Positions 12,477-24,155 of a stretch of 37,154 nt of DNA are shown here, one piece after another; position 1 is the first letter of the stretch; every line of letters starts with the position of its first letter. Position numbers and translations under genes: made by a program. The notes below the pieces were generated by a model. That model was not told the origin of the DNA, searched no databases, and saw only the letters and a list, made by a program, of their open reading frames with translations. The stretch is from the NCBI RefSeq assembly GCF_004010195.1, contig NC_057757.1, positions 597,996 to 635,149 on the forward strand, written 5' to 3'. The stretch comes from Chiloscyllium plagiosum. Taxonomy: Eukaryota.

Positions 12477-14689
12477 CATCAAAAACATTGTAAGGGGTGT
12501 CGATAGGTCTGAGCAGAGAGCTAAGCCTTCAGTTATTTGCATGAAGCCACTTACATGACTTTGCAGCTGATGTGGCCTTTGAAGATGGAGGTTACAAAAA
12601 CATATTTTCACATCTGAGGTTTTGTGACTGTTGTGCAATCACAGTTACATACTGTTCTGTTAGATTTGTAACGACCGGTGATATTGTGCTCCTGTTGATT
12701 AGACACTTGCCTGGTGGTTTGAGAATACTGTGCATATATGCTGTACTTGGTCAGTGAATGTTAAATGTTTGAAAGTGCAAGTAGGAGCAGCTGCTTTCTC
12801 AACTTCAGAGAAACTCTGGAGTGAGTTTCCAAAGTGCCTAGAAGATCCATTGGAGCCAGCCACACACACACACTCAACTCATTATGCTTTAATAAAACAG
12901 AAAATGTTTGTAAATGTTCAGCAGCATTAATGGAGAGAGGAAAACAGAGTGAACATTTCAAGTCAGTAACCTTTGGATTAACTTGGTCTCTGTCTCCACA
13001 GATGTCTGACCACCTGAGTATTTCCAGCCACCTCTGTTTGATTTCAGCCTTCCACATCTGCAGAACTTTACTTTTGGATTGGGGTCACACTTTGTCAAGC
13101 TCTCAAAGGTGTCTTGGTCTCTTTGGCTTTACAGTCAGGATGTAATCATGGCCTGGATTATTGTGCCATTATTAATTGTATGCTGATCCTGGAATTGAAT
13201 GACTCCACTGAGGAGAAAGAGGAAGGCTACAAGTTGAAAGGTGTTCATCTGGAGAAAGGCGACCATGGAAACTGTTTCTGACATGGTGTTCAAGGTGCCT
13301 TCGGTGCTTTAAATCCTGTTCACTAAAAAATGCCCTTTAACTGAAGGAATTGAATCTCCGAACAAAAAAGACTTTGGATTTCAAATAGTGATTTTGTGTT
13401 CCATGTGTTTGAGATTCTTTTTCACAAGTATTTTCAGGATGACATTCCAAGCTTAATCTCTCAACACTATAACCCTATGACCTTGCTCATTTTCTCATAT
13501 GGGGTTGGGGAAGAGAGGTTTGCTAGAGTGAAGAAACTGATGCAGCCAACTGGCACTTTGGAGCCATTGCTTTAGGGACTCAGTAAAACAGGAGCTAGAG
13601 GCAAGGAGGAGAATTTTCTTGTCCTACGTTGCTTATCCAATCAACCCTTCTCTCCCCACAAAAAGAAGTCTCGTCTTTGCTCATCCTGATAATCTGATTG
13701 CAGCTGGCTTTAATTAGACCAAGATGGATGGATCCAGTGGTAGTGGAAATTTTGCCTTGGGAATGTTTCTAAAGCCAAAAATGTCCACGTGGGCCTAACA
13801 GCCAGTGTTCAGTTATATCCCAGCTTGGTATTAGTTACTTGACATATTCAGATACAAAACTAGAAGCTAGCTCATAGGGTATCGAAAATGAGATGGAGAG
13901 GAGTCATTTGATATTCTAATAATTGTGGGGAATTTGGGGGTTCTGCTCCTGACATCCTCTATCTGTCTTGGACTCAACAGCATCACTTCACACCCAATCA
14001 AAACCATCCTCTATTCCCAAGAAATCTGCGGCCCTTTCTTAGGCTGCAGCTCCCCATCTGCACATCAGTGTCAGTGTGAGAGATTCTCAGTTACATTTCA
14101 TGGTGTTTGAGTACTGATAGGGATATGTACTAATTGTGGGAGATGGTGGGATGGGATGGGTTCATCTTCTACACGGGTTCTCTTACATTTGAGTATATCT
14201 GATATAATGCAGACATGAAGGTTTATTGTTGTTTAAATCTCCTGCTGCCAATGTTCTTCATGTATATCACTGTTGGATTGAATTGGATTTCCTATCCCTT
14301 GTATTGACACAATAAAGATTTGAGTCTTGAGCATATAGCAAATGTGAAATGTGGTTTCTGTTGAGATCTAGTACCAGTGTCAGAGTATGATGAGAGGGGT
14401 ATCTTTGCTGATGGACAAACACAGTTTCTCCTACATCCCAAAAAGTCTAGTGGTGCTCCCAAGCTGTATATGCTGAACCATTTTGTCCTCTAGTCCCCCT
14501 CTCTGAGACAGACTCTCATAGGAATGCAAGTCATTGGCAATCTTCAAAGACCATTTCTATTCTTGTATTTGGGTAGGCTCTTTGGCAGTGATATTCCTCA
14601 TAACTACTAAAAGAGAGGTTGCATTGGCTACAGTTATTTTCCTTGTTTGGGGGGGGGGAAACGAGGAAAGAAGAGTCTGAGATGCACAA

Positions 14690-15720
14690 ATATTAGGGGC
14701 ATAGATAAAATTTTCCCCTTAGTAGAGGGTTCAATTTCCAAGCAGCATGGATTTAAAGTATGGAGCAGGAGGTTTAGAGAAGACTTAAGGAAAAATGTTT
14801 CAACCCAAAGGTGGTGGATACTGAGAACTCCCTGCCTGAAAGAGTGGTGGTAGAAACGTACAGGCTAGGAGCAGGAGTAGGCCCTTCAATATGATCATGG
14901 CTGATAGGGTAAATCAGTATCCTATTCCCACTTTTTCCCCTGTACTAAAAGGAAGTCTTTAGCCTAAGAATGAGATCTAATTCCATCTTAAATGTTCAGA
15001 TTGCATACAGTTCTGGTCACCACACTACCAAAAGGAAATGGATGTTTTGGAGAGGATCCAGAAAATGTTTACCAGGACATTGCCTGGTATCAGGGATTTT
15101 AGCGATGAAGAAAGGTTGGATAGAATGGGTTTGTTTTCACTGAAATGCAGGAGGTCGAGGGTGACCTGATTAGAAGTTTAAAAGATTGTGAATTGTATGG
15201 ATAGAGTGGGAAGTACGAGGCTTTTTCCCAGGGTGGAGGGGTCAGTTACTAGGGGGCACAGGTTCAAGGTGTGGGGTGGGGGTATGCTTAGTGCGAGGCA
15301 GGTTTTTCCCACACAGGATGGGGAGTGTCTGGTATGCACTGCCAGAGGTGCTGGAAGCAGACAGAATAGCAGCATTCAAGAAGCACCTGGACAAGGACAT
15401 GAATAGGAAGGGAATAGAGGGAACCGGATCCTGTAAGTGAAGACACATTTTGCCCTTCCATTCAAAAACTGTCAGCGCAGGCTTGGAGGGCCAAACAGCC
15501 TGTTCCTGTGCTGCATTGGTCTTTACTCTTATTCAATGTTTTGGCCTCTAACGCTTTCTGTGGTAGAGAATTCCACAGATTGACCAATCTGAGTGAAGAA
15601 ATGTCTCCTAATCTCAGTCCTAAATGCCCTTCCCTGTATCCTTCAACTGTGACCCCTGGTTCTAGATTCCCCAGTCACTGGGAACATCCTTCCTGTCTTT
15701 ACCCTGTCAAGACCCGTTTG
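14690..15720. mobile_element. Cluster of CR1 LINE 3' fragments (+ 14690-14850, + ~14995-15520, - ~15535-15720)
   Basis: IFPLVEGS..K.HGFKV and LFPRVEGSVTRGHRFKV CR1 C-terminal motifs. Confidence 0.8.
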
Positions 15721-16234
15721 AATTATATTGTTTAACAGACCTTGCTGTCTGAAAATTGGCTGCCATGCTTCCGATGTTATAACTTGGCTGCATTTAAAAT
15801 TGTGTTAAAATGTGCACCTTGGGTAGTGCAATGTGTTGTTTTTCTTACAATTTTCTGGCCTACTGGAAGTATGGTCTCTAAACTGGATTAGATGGGCATT
15901 TTACACTTTCGTTTTGCAGTGAGGGGAAGAAAATTGTTCTGAAATCACCCATAAATGTATTTTTGTCTCTTCCTGCTGAGTTACCTGGTTCCATTAGCTT
16001 AGCTCCTTTTAAAATTAAATTCTGTTCTGGCAAGGCATACCATCATGAATCATCAGAATTAACCTATGTTTAATGACTCACAGATTACTGTGTCAAAGCC
16101 TGAACATTCTGCTGCAAGCATTTTCAATTTAAAGAGTCTAAAAGGCTTAACTTTGTTCCTCCCTACCTTTAAAGGTGGTCGTTCCTATAGTTCTCCTGAT
16201 ACTGCTTTTAACAGTTAGACTCTAGGCCAACTAT

Positions 16235-17350
16235 TTTTTTGCTGCTCCATCAATGACCTTCCCTCCATCATTATAGTCAGAAGTGGGTCTTTTCTGCTGC
16301 TGATTCTGTACCATTTGCAATTCCTCAAATACTAAACAAGTCCATGTGGAAATGCCGCAAGACTTGGACAAATTCAGGTTTGGTCTGACAATCGATAACT
16401 AACATTATAAATGTTATGTTGCAAATCATCATTGAATTCTCCATTATCAACATGGTGGAGTTTACTATTGAATAGAAATTGAACTGAGCCAGTAATATAC
16501 AGTAAATACTGTGGCCAAGAGGTCAAGTCACAGGCTAGGAATCCTGTAGCAAGTAACTCACCTCTTGTTTTCCCCCGTTGCCTGTGCACCATATACAAAC
16601 ACAAGTCAAGTGTATAACGGAATACTAGACTCATAGAATCCCTACAATGTGGTAGCAAGTCATACGACGCATTGCACCAACCTTCCAAAAAGCATCCACC
16701 TACCCCATCCCTGTAATCCTGCATTTCCCATGGCTAACCCACCTAGTCTGCTCATCTTTGTACGTTTTGGGACAATTTAGCATGACCTGCACATCTTCCC
16801 CCTCAGACCTGTGAGAGGAAACCCACCCACATGTGGGGGAAATGTGCAAATTCCTAATACACTAGCCAGAGGGTGGAATCGAATCTGGATCCCTGATGCT
16901 GAGAGGCAGCAGTGCTAACCACTGAGCTACCGTGCCGCCCTAAATACTCTACATTTGTCTGGTTGGGTGAAGCACCAACAATGCTCAGGAAACTCCAAAT
17001 CAGGTTGGTTGGCATCCCATTCACCACCTTCAAAATCCACTCCTTCCATCACCAATGTCCAGTGACTGCAGTGTGTACCTTGTACAAGATATGCCTCAGT
17101 AAGTCACTAAGGCTTTTCTGACAGCAGGTACATGGGAACACCACAACTTGCAAGTCCCTCTTCGTGACTTTTAAAGATTTTGGCTGTTCCTTCACTGTCA
17201 TTAGGTCAAAATCCTGAAACTTCCTTCCTAAAAACAGTGTGAGTGTCATTATACCACAGGGACTGTGGTGATACAAGGCAGCAGCTTGCTGCCATTTTCA
17301 TTGGGGATTAAAATGCTGACCTACTCAATGATGTTCACATGCTGTAAACT
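16235..17350 (+). mobile_element. Decayed LINE (same family as 31450-34520), split by a SINE
   Basis: catcaatgaccttccctccatcat..gtcagaagtggg and later segments are collinear with 33630-34500. Confidence 0.7.
16627..16940 (-). mobile_element. tRNA-derived SINE (elasmobranch HE1-like) with CR1-type tail
   Basis: Minus strand gggcggcacggTAGCTCAGTGGttagcactgctgcctc...GATTCGATTCC (A/B boxes); aatact on both flanks (16621-16626, 16943-16948). Confidence 0.85.
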
Positions 17351-17769
17351 ATTTTAAAAAAAATGTTAATATGGAATGGACTTTGATTCAAAGGCTTGGT
17401 TTCTCTGAACCTACTGATGGATGCTACAGTGAGGGGTCACTGCTTTTTGTTTACAGAAGGACAGAGACACTTCACTGAGTTCAAATAGCTTTAGGAAAAA
17501 CAATTTGGCAAAGGTTGAGGGTGAACGGCGTACCATACAAGAAACCAGTAATCAGTGACCATCCGGATTGATCAATCATTCAAGCGCATCAGTTGATTGT
17601 TCTTATTATACCTTGGGAATCAACAGAGCCAATCTGCCCCAGAGGCTTGGTTCAGTTGCAATTTTTTTATCACTTGGAATGTTTGTTCCCCTTGCCTTGA
17701 TGTCGGATCATCCAGTAATCATTAGTTAGTTAGGCTTAGCAGTAGATGCAGAACAAGTAGAACCCAGTA

Positions 17770-18030
17770 ACAGTCTCAAAATAAAGGACAGGCCGTTTGG
17801 GAATAAGGTGAGAAATTGACCAGAGGGTGATGAGTATTTGGAATTCTCTACCCGAGAGAACTGTGGAGGTTCAGTCCTCAAGTATATCCAAGACAGTGAT
17901 CAATTGATTTTCAGTTATTAAAGCTGTCAAGGAATAGAAAAGAGTGCAGGAAAATGATGTTGAGGTAAATCAGCTACGAGCTAGAATGAAGAAGCAGTGT
18001 TAAGGGGCTGAATGGCCTCTTCCTGCTCCT
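17770..18030 (+). mobile_element. CR1 3' tail fragment
   Basis: tggaattctctacc..agaactgtggagg and ggctgaatggcctcttcctgctcct, typical CR1 tail. Confidence 0.65.
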
Positions 18031-18759
18031 AAACAGTGCAAATGCAAGCACTTGCTATGTAGACAGGAATGGAACAGGCAGCAGCATCACGCTATGAAGA
18101 TATGAGTACATTACCAGCATCTCCCTAACTGTATGGTTTCAAGATACAGATTAAAGTGTTTAACAACAGGTTTTTCTCCTCCCTGACTAATGTACATCAA
18201 ACTCTGGTGACAAAGAATGGTTCACAAACCATGCTTCAAGCCATTATCATCTCCATTTCCCTCATCAGTGCGAGAAGAAGCAAGTACCTTTTAGATGGTG
18301 AGAGGGTTTATGCAGCACACTTTGTAATGTGCCAGCATGGTCTTGACATTTCAGATGTTTAATACTTGGCTCATTTCAACCATTATTTTGTGAGGCTAAA
18401 TGTTCTCTCAGACTCCTGGGACAAGGGCTTGCTGAAAGCTATCTTGTCATTGTTTTCCATATTCCACCATCCATTTGGATCTTAAAAGATTGAAAACCAC
18501 ACGTGTGATCACTGGCTATCCACTGATTCGTGCACTGCTTCAGCTAAAAGATCAACTCTCCTCAGCTCAAAGTACCTTTATAGCACCTCTTGATTAAAGA
18601 TCAAATCACATTCCTTCCCTTTGCAGTTATTTCAATGTTCAATAATTAAACAACTATCATACAAGGCAATCTTAGCCAGGTTGAATGACATCGGATAACA
18701 AGGAGTGGACAGATAATTGAATAGAATCTATAGCCCAAAAAAAAGGATATTTTTATCCA

Positions 18760-19080
18760 CCTGGCGTTTTCCTACCTCTAGCGTACTTCCTTCAATCTAC
18801 TCTACTCCATTCACTGTTCATAATGTGGTCTCCTCAACATTAGCAAGACCCAAAGGCAGACTGGGTGACCACTTTGCAGAAAGTCTCCACTCAACCTGCA
18901 AGCATAACTGCAACTTTCTGGCTGCTTGCTATTTCAATATCCCGTCTTACTCTTATCTCTCCTAGGTCTACAGCAGTGTGCCAGTGAAGTCTGGTTCAAG
19001 CTGGAGGAACAGTACCTCATTTATCATTTAGGCACTTACATTTTGGATTCAATGTTGAGTTCAAGAATGTCAGACCATGA
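18760..19080 (+). mobile_element. Decayed Penelope-like GIY-YIG endonuclease fragment
   Basis: RLGDHFAE-like segment and gaggaacag.acctcat..ttaggcac motif, similar to 27880-28140. Confidence 0.6.
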
Positions 19081-19649
19081 GCTCTGCCCACCATTTTGAT
19101 TAATTCAGCCATGTTTTTTTTTGCATGATTTTGCACTCAGAACAGCTGATGAATATTCTGCTATTAACTCCTAATCTTCCTCTCCCTGTAAAATGGTTGA
19201 ACGGTAGGGTTCGGGGCCTAGCTTTGCTGCTCCTCTCCCTTGTAAAACTGCTGTCTTTTGTGTACAGCTGTCAATGTTTTTTGTAAACTGTTTTGTAATT
19301 TGTTTAATAAAAAAAAAATTAACTCCTAATCTAGATCTAATTTGCTTCTCTACAACCATTTTTTTCTCCATGAACTACCATTTTGTTTCACTTGATGCTC
19401 CCCATCTTTCTCTACAACATAAAATCCACATTTCTGCTTTCCTTCAGTATCAGACTTGAAACCTCAACTGTTTCTCTATCAACAAATGCTGCTCGACACT
19501 TTGTTTCTATTTTAGCAAGATACTTGATTGTCAAGGGAGTCAATGGTTAACAAGAGACCAGTAGTAAAGTGGGTTGAGGCCACATTCACATTAACCATGT
19601 TCTTATCAAATCACAGAGCTGACTTGAGAAGCTGAATGACTCTTGCTTC

Positions 19650-20430
19650 TAAGAACATAAGAACTAGGACCATTCAGCCCCTCGAGCCAGCTCCACCATT
19701 CAATACGATCATGGCTGATCTCATCTCTGCCTCAACTCCATTTTCTATAACCCTTCAACCTGTTACTAATTAAAAACTCTGCCTCTCTCCTCAAATTTAC
19801 TCAGTGTTGTGGCATCCATTGCACTTTAACATTAACAACTCTGAGAAAAGTAAGTTCTCTTCATCTCAGTTTTAAGGTAAGTGGTAGCAGATTTAAAACA
19901 ATGACCTCTCATCTTAGACTGCCCTATGAGGAAACATCCTTTCCATGTATACTCTGTCAATCCCTTTTAGAATCTTATACACTTCTAGTTGATCACCTCT
20001 CATTCTTCTGAACCCTCAGCAAATTAGACCTCAACTACTCAAAATCTCTTCATAACACAAACCCCTCATATCTGGGAATCAATCCAGTGAACCTCCTCTG
20101 AATTGTCTCCAATACATTACACCCCTCCTTAAGGGCTGGCCCAAAGTTAAACAAAGTACTCCAGGTCCAGTCTCAGTAATGCCTTTTACAGTTGCAGCAA
20201 CAATTACTTACTTATTTATCCTTTAGCAGTAGATGCCAAAATTCCATTCACCTACCTTTTTAATGCTGTACCTGCTGATTAGTTTTCTGTGATTTCATGC
20301 TCAAGGAAACCCAGAGCATGAAGCACTCTGACACTTCTCTCCATTTAGATAATAAGTTGCCTTTCTGTTCTTCTGACCAAAACCGATAACCTCTAGCTTT
20401 TCATGTTAAACTCCATTTGCCAAATTTTAG
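19650..20430 (-). mobile_element. CR1 LINE 3' part, minus strand
   Basis: Begins with (aagaacat)n tail then accattcagcccctcgagcc, the reverse complement of a CR1 3' end. Confidence 0.75.
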
Positions 20431-20451
20431 CTAATTCTAATTTTCACCGTT

Positions 20452-20657
20452 AAAAATAACCCAGCACCAGGTTATAGTCCAACAGGTTTAATTGGAAGCA
20501 CACTAGCTTTCGGAGCGACGCTCCTTCATCAGGTGATTGTCAGAGCGACGCTCCAAAAGCTAGTGTGCTTCCAATTAAACCTGTTGGACTATAACCTGGT
20601 GTTGTGTGATTTTTAACTTTGTACACCCCAGTCCAACACCGGCATCTCCAAATCATG
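20452..20657. mobile_element. Short palindromic PLE-terminal-repeat element (family B) with ~13-16-bp TSD
   Basis: Arms ~20450-20523 and ~20543-20617 are near-perfect inverted repeats; tctaattttcac(c/a)gtt at 20436-20451 and 20658-20673. Confidence 0.88.
20501..20535 (-). ncRNA. Intact minimal hammerhead ribozyme motif
   Basis: Minus strand cac-CTGATGA-a-ggagc gtc gctcc-GAAA-GCTA-gtg: stem I cac/gtg, GC-rich stem II, palindromic AGCT stem III. Confidence 0.8.
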
Positions 20658-20859
20658 TCTAATTTTCACAGTTGTAGACACACCACAGATGACCTGAGTG
20701 ACAAACTCTGGCTGAGAATAAGGGACACTGTGTGCTATCAGAAATGCTGGTGTAAACTTGAACCGCGTGTCAGTGCTAGCTACGGTCTTGAACAGGGTGT
20801 AGGGGTGCTGACCAGGACAAAACATGTCTCCAATTGGCCTAAAGGTCAAATCATAGGAT

Positions 20860-21290
20860 ATTCACAAAATCTCACTTATTTTTAATAAAACCTTAAGTTA
20901 TCTCAGTACTGTGACTTGAAAGAAGTTCTGGGATTTACATATTAATCAATCTAAACCTGCATCCTCATTCTAAGTGATTAAAGATGTAACAGGAATCTAG
21001 GTTTGTTCAATACACCTGAAGAGCTTATGCCCAAAATGTCGATTCTCCTGCTCCTTGGATGCTGCCTGACCTGCTGTGCTTTTCCAGTACCGTACTCTCA
21101 ACTCTGATCTGCAGCCCTTACTTTCTCCTTGTTCAATACATTGCATCAATTGTATAACACTTTGATCTTTTACTATAAATTTTGTGTCCTATGACCCTGT
21201 CCCACTAGCTACCTAAGGAGCAGCGCTCCGAAAGCTTGTACTTCCAAATAAACCTGTTGGACTATAACATGGTATTGTGTGATTTTTAAC
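20860..21290 (+). mobile_element. PLE family-B 3' end with nested 114-bp family-A fragment (21015-21128, 12-bp TSD)
   Basis: 21213-21290 matches the 20543-20617 arm; ttgttcaataca duplicated at 21003-21014 and 21129-21140. Confidence 0.75.
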
Positions 21291-21904
21291 AAAAATCTGG
21301 GGCAGTCAATTGCACTGATACTGACAGCACCTGTGGACAGAACTAAGCTTTTGTTAAAACTGCAAGTCGAGCACCTAAAGAATGTCCCACTTTCTTTGAA
21401 AGCCTTTTCACTGTCCGAGATATAAACTGTCCCTAGGCCAATCACCTCATCCCTAAGTCGAGAATCAGTCTGGTGAAACTTAATTGAGTCCCTTCTTAAC
21501 CCAAGAGAGACATGCAAGCCTGAGTCATCTTGCAGACTTCAAAATGGAGTTTTGGTAGGTTAATTTACAAGTACTACTCTTGATTCCTCCACCCAAGTCC
21601 CGGGTAGGCAAGTCTAACCTTGCCAGGAGGGTACCAAAATTTTCTTTCTACAAAGGCTGCCAAACATGCAGGCATTCTGCACCTCACTGGGGCCAGAATG
21701 TCAGCTCACATTCCTTTGTTTGCTAATGAATGGGACTTTGTGACGAGATGTCCCAGACACGTGGTCACCTCAAAGAGTGGGGATACCCATTTAATCCATC
21801 ACATGCTAAATCTGGGAGAGAGGCATTTCTCAGATGCCGAAACAAAAGATGGTTGTAAAGCGGTGAACTTCGCGCCCACCCTACCAGCGGGCCTGAAACA
21901 ATTC

Positions 21905-22195
21905 TTTTAAAATGGCATTTTTTTTTTGTCTGTCTCTCTCTCTCTCTCTTTCCGGAAGTGATCAATTCGCGACGTGTCAACCGAACGTGTTGATCAGGGC
22001 GGGGCGACGCCGCCAGGAATGGGCGGGACCGGACGTTCGCGGGACCAATCAGGGGCTCGGCCGCATGCTGAGCGACGGGAGCCGCCACCAATCGGCGGGT
22101 GCGGGTGGGCGGGGCCGGGACGGCCAGCAGGTTCGGCTGCGCCCGCCGGCCGCCTATAAGAGGGAGAAGCAGCGTCGCCCCCGCTCTCTCTGCTG
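21905..22195 (+). promoter_or_regulatory. EIF4A1 CpG-island promoter: YY1-like 21909-21916, ETS 21952-21960, CCAAT 22045 and 22088, GC boxes, TATA 22155, pyrimidine-tract (TOP/TCT-like) start ~22184
   Basis: aaaatggc, ccggaagtg, ccaatc x2, gggcgggg, tataagag, and ctctctct ~30 nt after TATA; CpG-rich ~21950-22960. Confidence 0.85.
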
Positions 22196-22317
22196 TGGCG
22201 GGCGCGGCGACTGAAGGCGTGTTTAAAGAGCGGGTGTGTGTGTGTGGGGGGATAAAAAATTAAAAGTCTTGTCGCTATCTGACCTTTCCCAACGAAAAAA
22301 AAAACGGAAAATTTATA

Positions 22318-22343
22318 ATGTCAGAAGACGGCGCGGAATACAG
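22318..22343 (+). CDS. EIF4A1: eIF4A1 exon 1 (MSEDGAEY-R)
   Basis: First ATG after the promoter, A at -3; CAG|gtatca phase-2 donor joins exon 2 in frame. Confidence 0.8.
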
Positions 22344-23843
22344 GTATCACAAACGGGGCGGGAGTATGCCTTAAAAGAAAGGGCTGGCGAACGAAATCGG
22401 TCTCCATTCATAAATCGAATTCGTGTTGAATGACATGAGTTAGGGGAAAAAAAAACTGTGCCACAAAATGGCCGGACGCTGGGAATGGAAGAGGTGGGGG
22501 TGGGGAGGGGAAAAAAGGGAGATTTTCATATTGCTGTCGTCTCGGTTTTCCCTTTAAACCCCGCTCCCGTCAAAACTTTTTATTTTTTTTTATATATATT
22601 TTATTCTTGAAAGAGAAAATTGAGCGAGGGGACAATGGCTTTTTGACTTGGCCTTACCTTGTGTCTCCGTGTACTCGCCCGCGACCGGTTGGTCGGTTGG
22701 AACCAACGGTCGTTTTAATTTTGTAATCGGACCGTCCGAATTGGCCGCTGGTGGGGGGGGTTGGGGTGGTGTCCCGCTCCCCGTACAACTCCTCCGGGCA
22801 CTTTCTGGGGGGGGGGTGGAGAGAAGTGGGCTGGGCCATGCGTCTCGCCAGTGCGCAGGCGCTGCGCTGCACCCTCCCACCTCCGGCCCGCGCCATGGTG
22901 TCCGCATGGATCCCCGCGCTACGCATGCGTGCTCACTTCCGCATCTCTTAGTAGTTAGGTTTGGGGGGGCGGCGGGAGAGAAAGAAGATCTATAACAAAT
23001 TATATAGAGAGGCCTGATGATAACCGGCGCAAAGGGTTTGAGACACTGGGGTGTGATGATACTGGGTGTAGAGGGTTGAGCAAGTTATAAATTCGCGGGT
23101 GGAGAGGGGGCTTAAGAAACGGTACACGGGGGGAGGGGGTGGGAAGATGATAACCAGTCGGGGAGCGGGTTCAAGAAATTATACGGTGGTTCAATATGTT
23201 AGCGGTCTTGGGGCATTGTACAAGAGCATGATCCCCGCTGGGTGTGGCTTTGAGTTCGACAAGGGTGTGATAATGCCGTTGGGAGGTTTAAGGAGTTGTA
23301 CAAGGATACAGTTATATCCTGTGGGGGGATTTAAGGAGTTAGGGTTACAATGGTCCTTAATGGGGTTTCATGAAGTAGACCTGGCTGTGACCAAACCCTG
23401 AAGAGGTGTCAGTGGAGTTTGATTGCCTGGTCAGTCTCTTGAGACTAACTTCCCCATCCTATTTGGGGACATCAGGAATCAGCCATTTGAGCCATTGTCT
23501 GACCAATGTTTGCTCCATAGGGGTGAAAGTCTTCCCCTTTCTCATAAATCTTGTGTAATACTCGTCAGTTTGTTTTATAAGTGAAAGTGGAAGTTCAGCT
23601 TCTGATTGCTAATGTGTTATTACACCATTTGAACACTGCAGTGACCCTATCAATCTCACCTTTGTGGTAATTTCCTTTTCTTTTCCTGCTCCCAATCATG
23701 TCTGTGTTGCATCTTGGGTCTTGGAATCCTCACTCTTATTTGCATTCCCACCTTTTTAATACTGAGCAATTGTGTACCGGTGTTGAATTTCTTAAAATAT
23801 TGTCTTAATTTGAAATGTGACACTTACTGATTTTACTTTTCAG

Positions 23844-23895
23844 ATCTAATGATCATGGTGGACCTGATAGAATGGAACCTGAGGGTGTTATTGAG
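23844..23895 (+). CDS. EIF4A1: eIF4A1 exon 2 (SNDHGGPDRMEPEGVIE)
   Basis: ttttcag / GAG|gtgagt; eIF4A N-terminal GP.GMEPEGVIE motif. Confidence 0.93.
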
Positions 23896-24014
23896 GTGAG
23901 TGAAATGAGGCTATGGGCTGAATGTGTTGGTGAGTAGTTTTGAACTTGTACAGTTGCAGTAATGCATATGCTTGACTGTATTTCCATGTGCCCTGGGTTG
24001 CTTAACACTTGGTG

Positions 24015-24155
24015 TGTCCCCATTCATTTGGCAAGGAGGTACCTTTTTGCTGTGGTACTGTAATTTGGTCTCAGTTGGGGTATACTAATGAATCCATATT
24101 CATCCCAGTGTGTTCTAATAATGAATCTACACTGGTTCATACTATGGTCACAAGA
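24015..24155 (+). ncRNA. SNORA48: H/ACA snoRNA SNORA48 homolog, copy 1 (intron 2)
   Basis: Two hairpins, H box atacta 24082-24087, ACA 24150-24152; 3' pocket TTCATC/TTCAT complementary to 28S AUGAA-U-G-GAUGAA; resembles recalled human ACA48 (EIF4A1-hosted). Confidence 0.85.

Noticed and set aside
16870..16940. tRNA gene
   Set aside because: A/B boxes belong to a SINE head continuing into SINE body; same for 35644 and 33490
21765..22995. Multiple GC-rich ORFs around the promoter
   Set aside because: Stop-poor CpG-island sequence with no recognisable protein similarity
23010..23065. C boxes (tgatga) in intron 1
   Set aside because: No D box or terminal stem at a plausible distance
23445..23560. 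SNORA67-like word (ttcccc...ggggacatcag) in intron 1
   Set aside because: No matching guide pocket and no convincing H/ACA architecture
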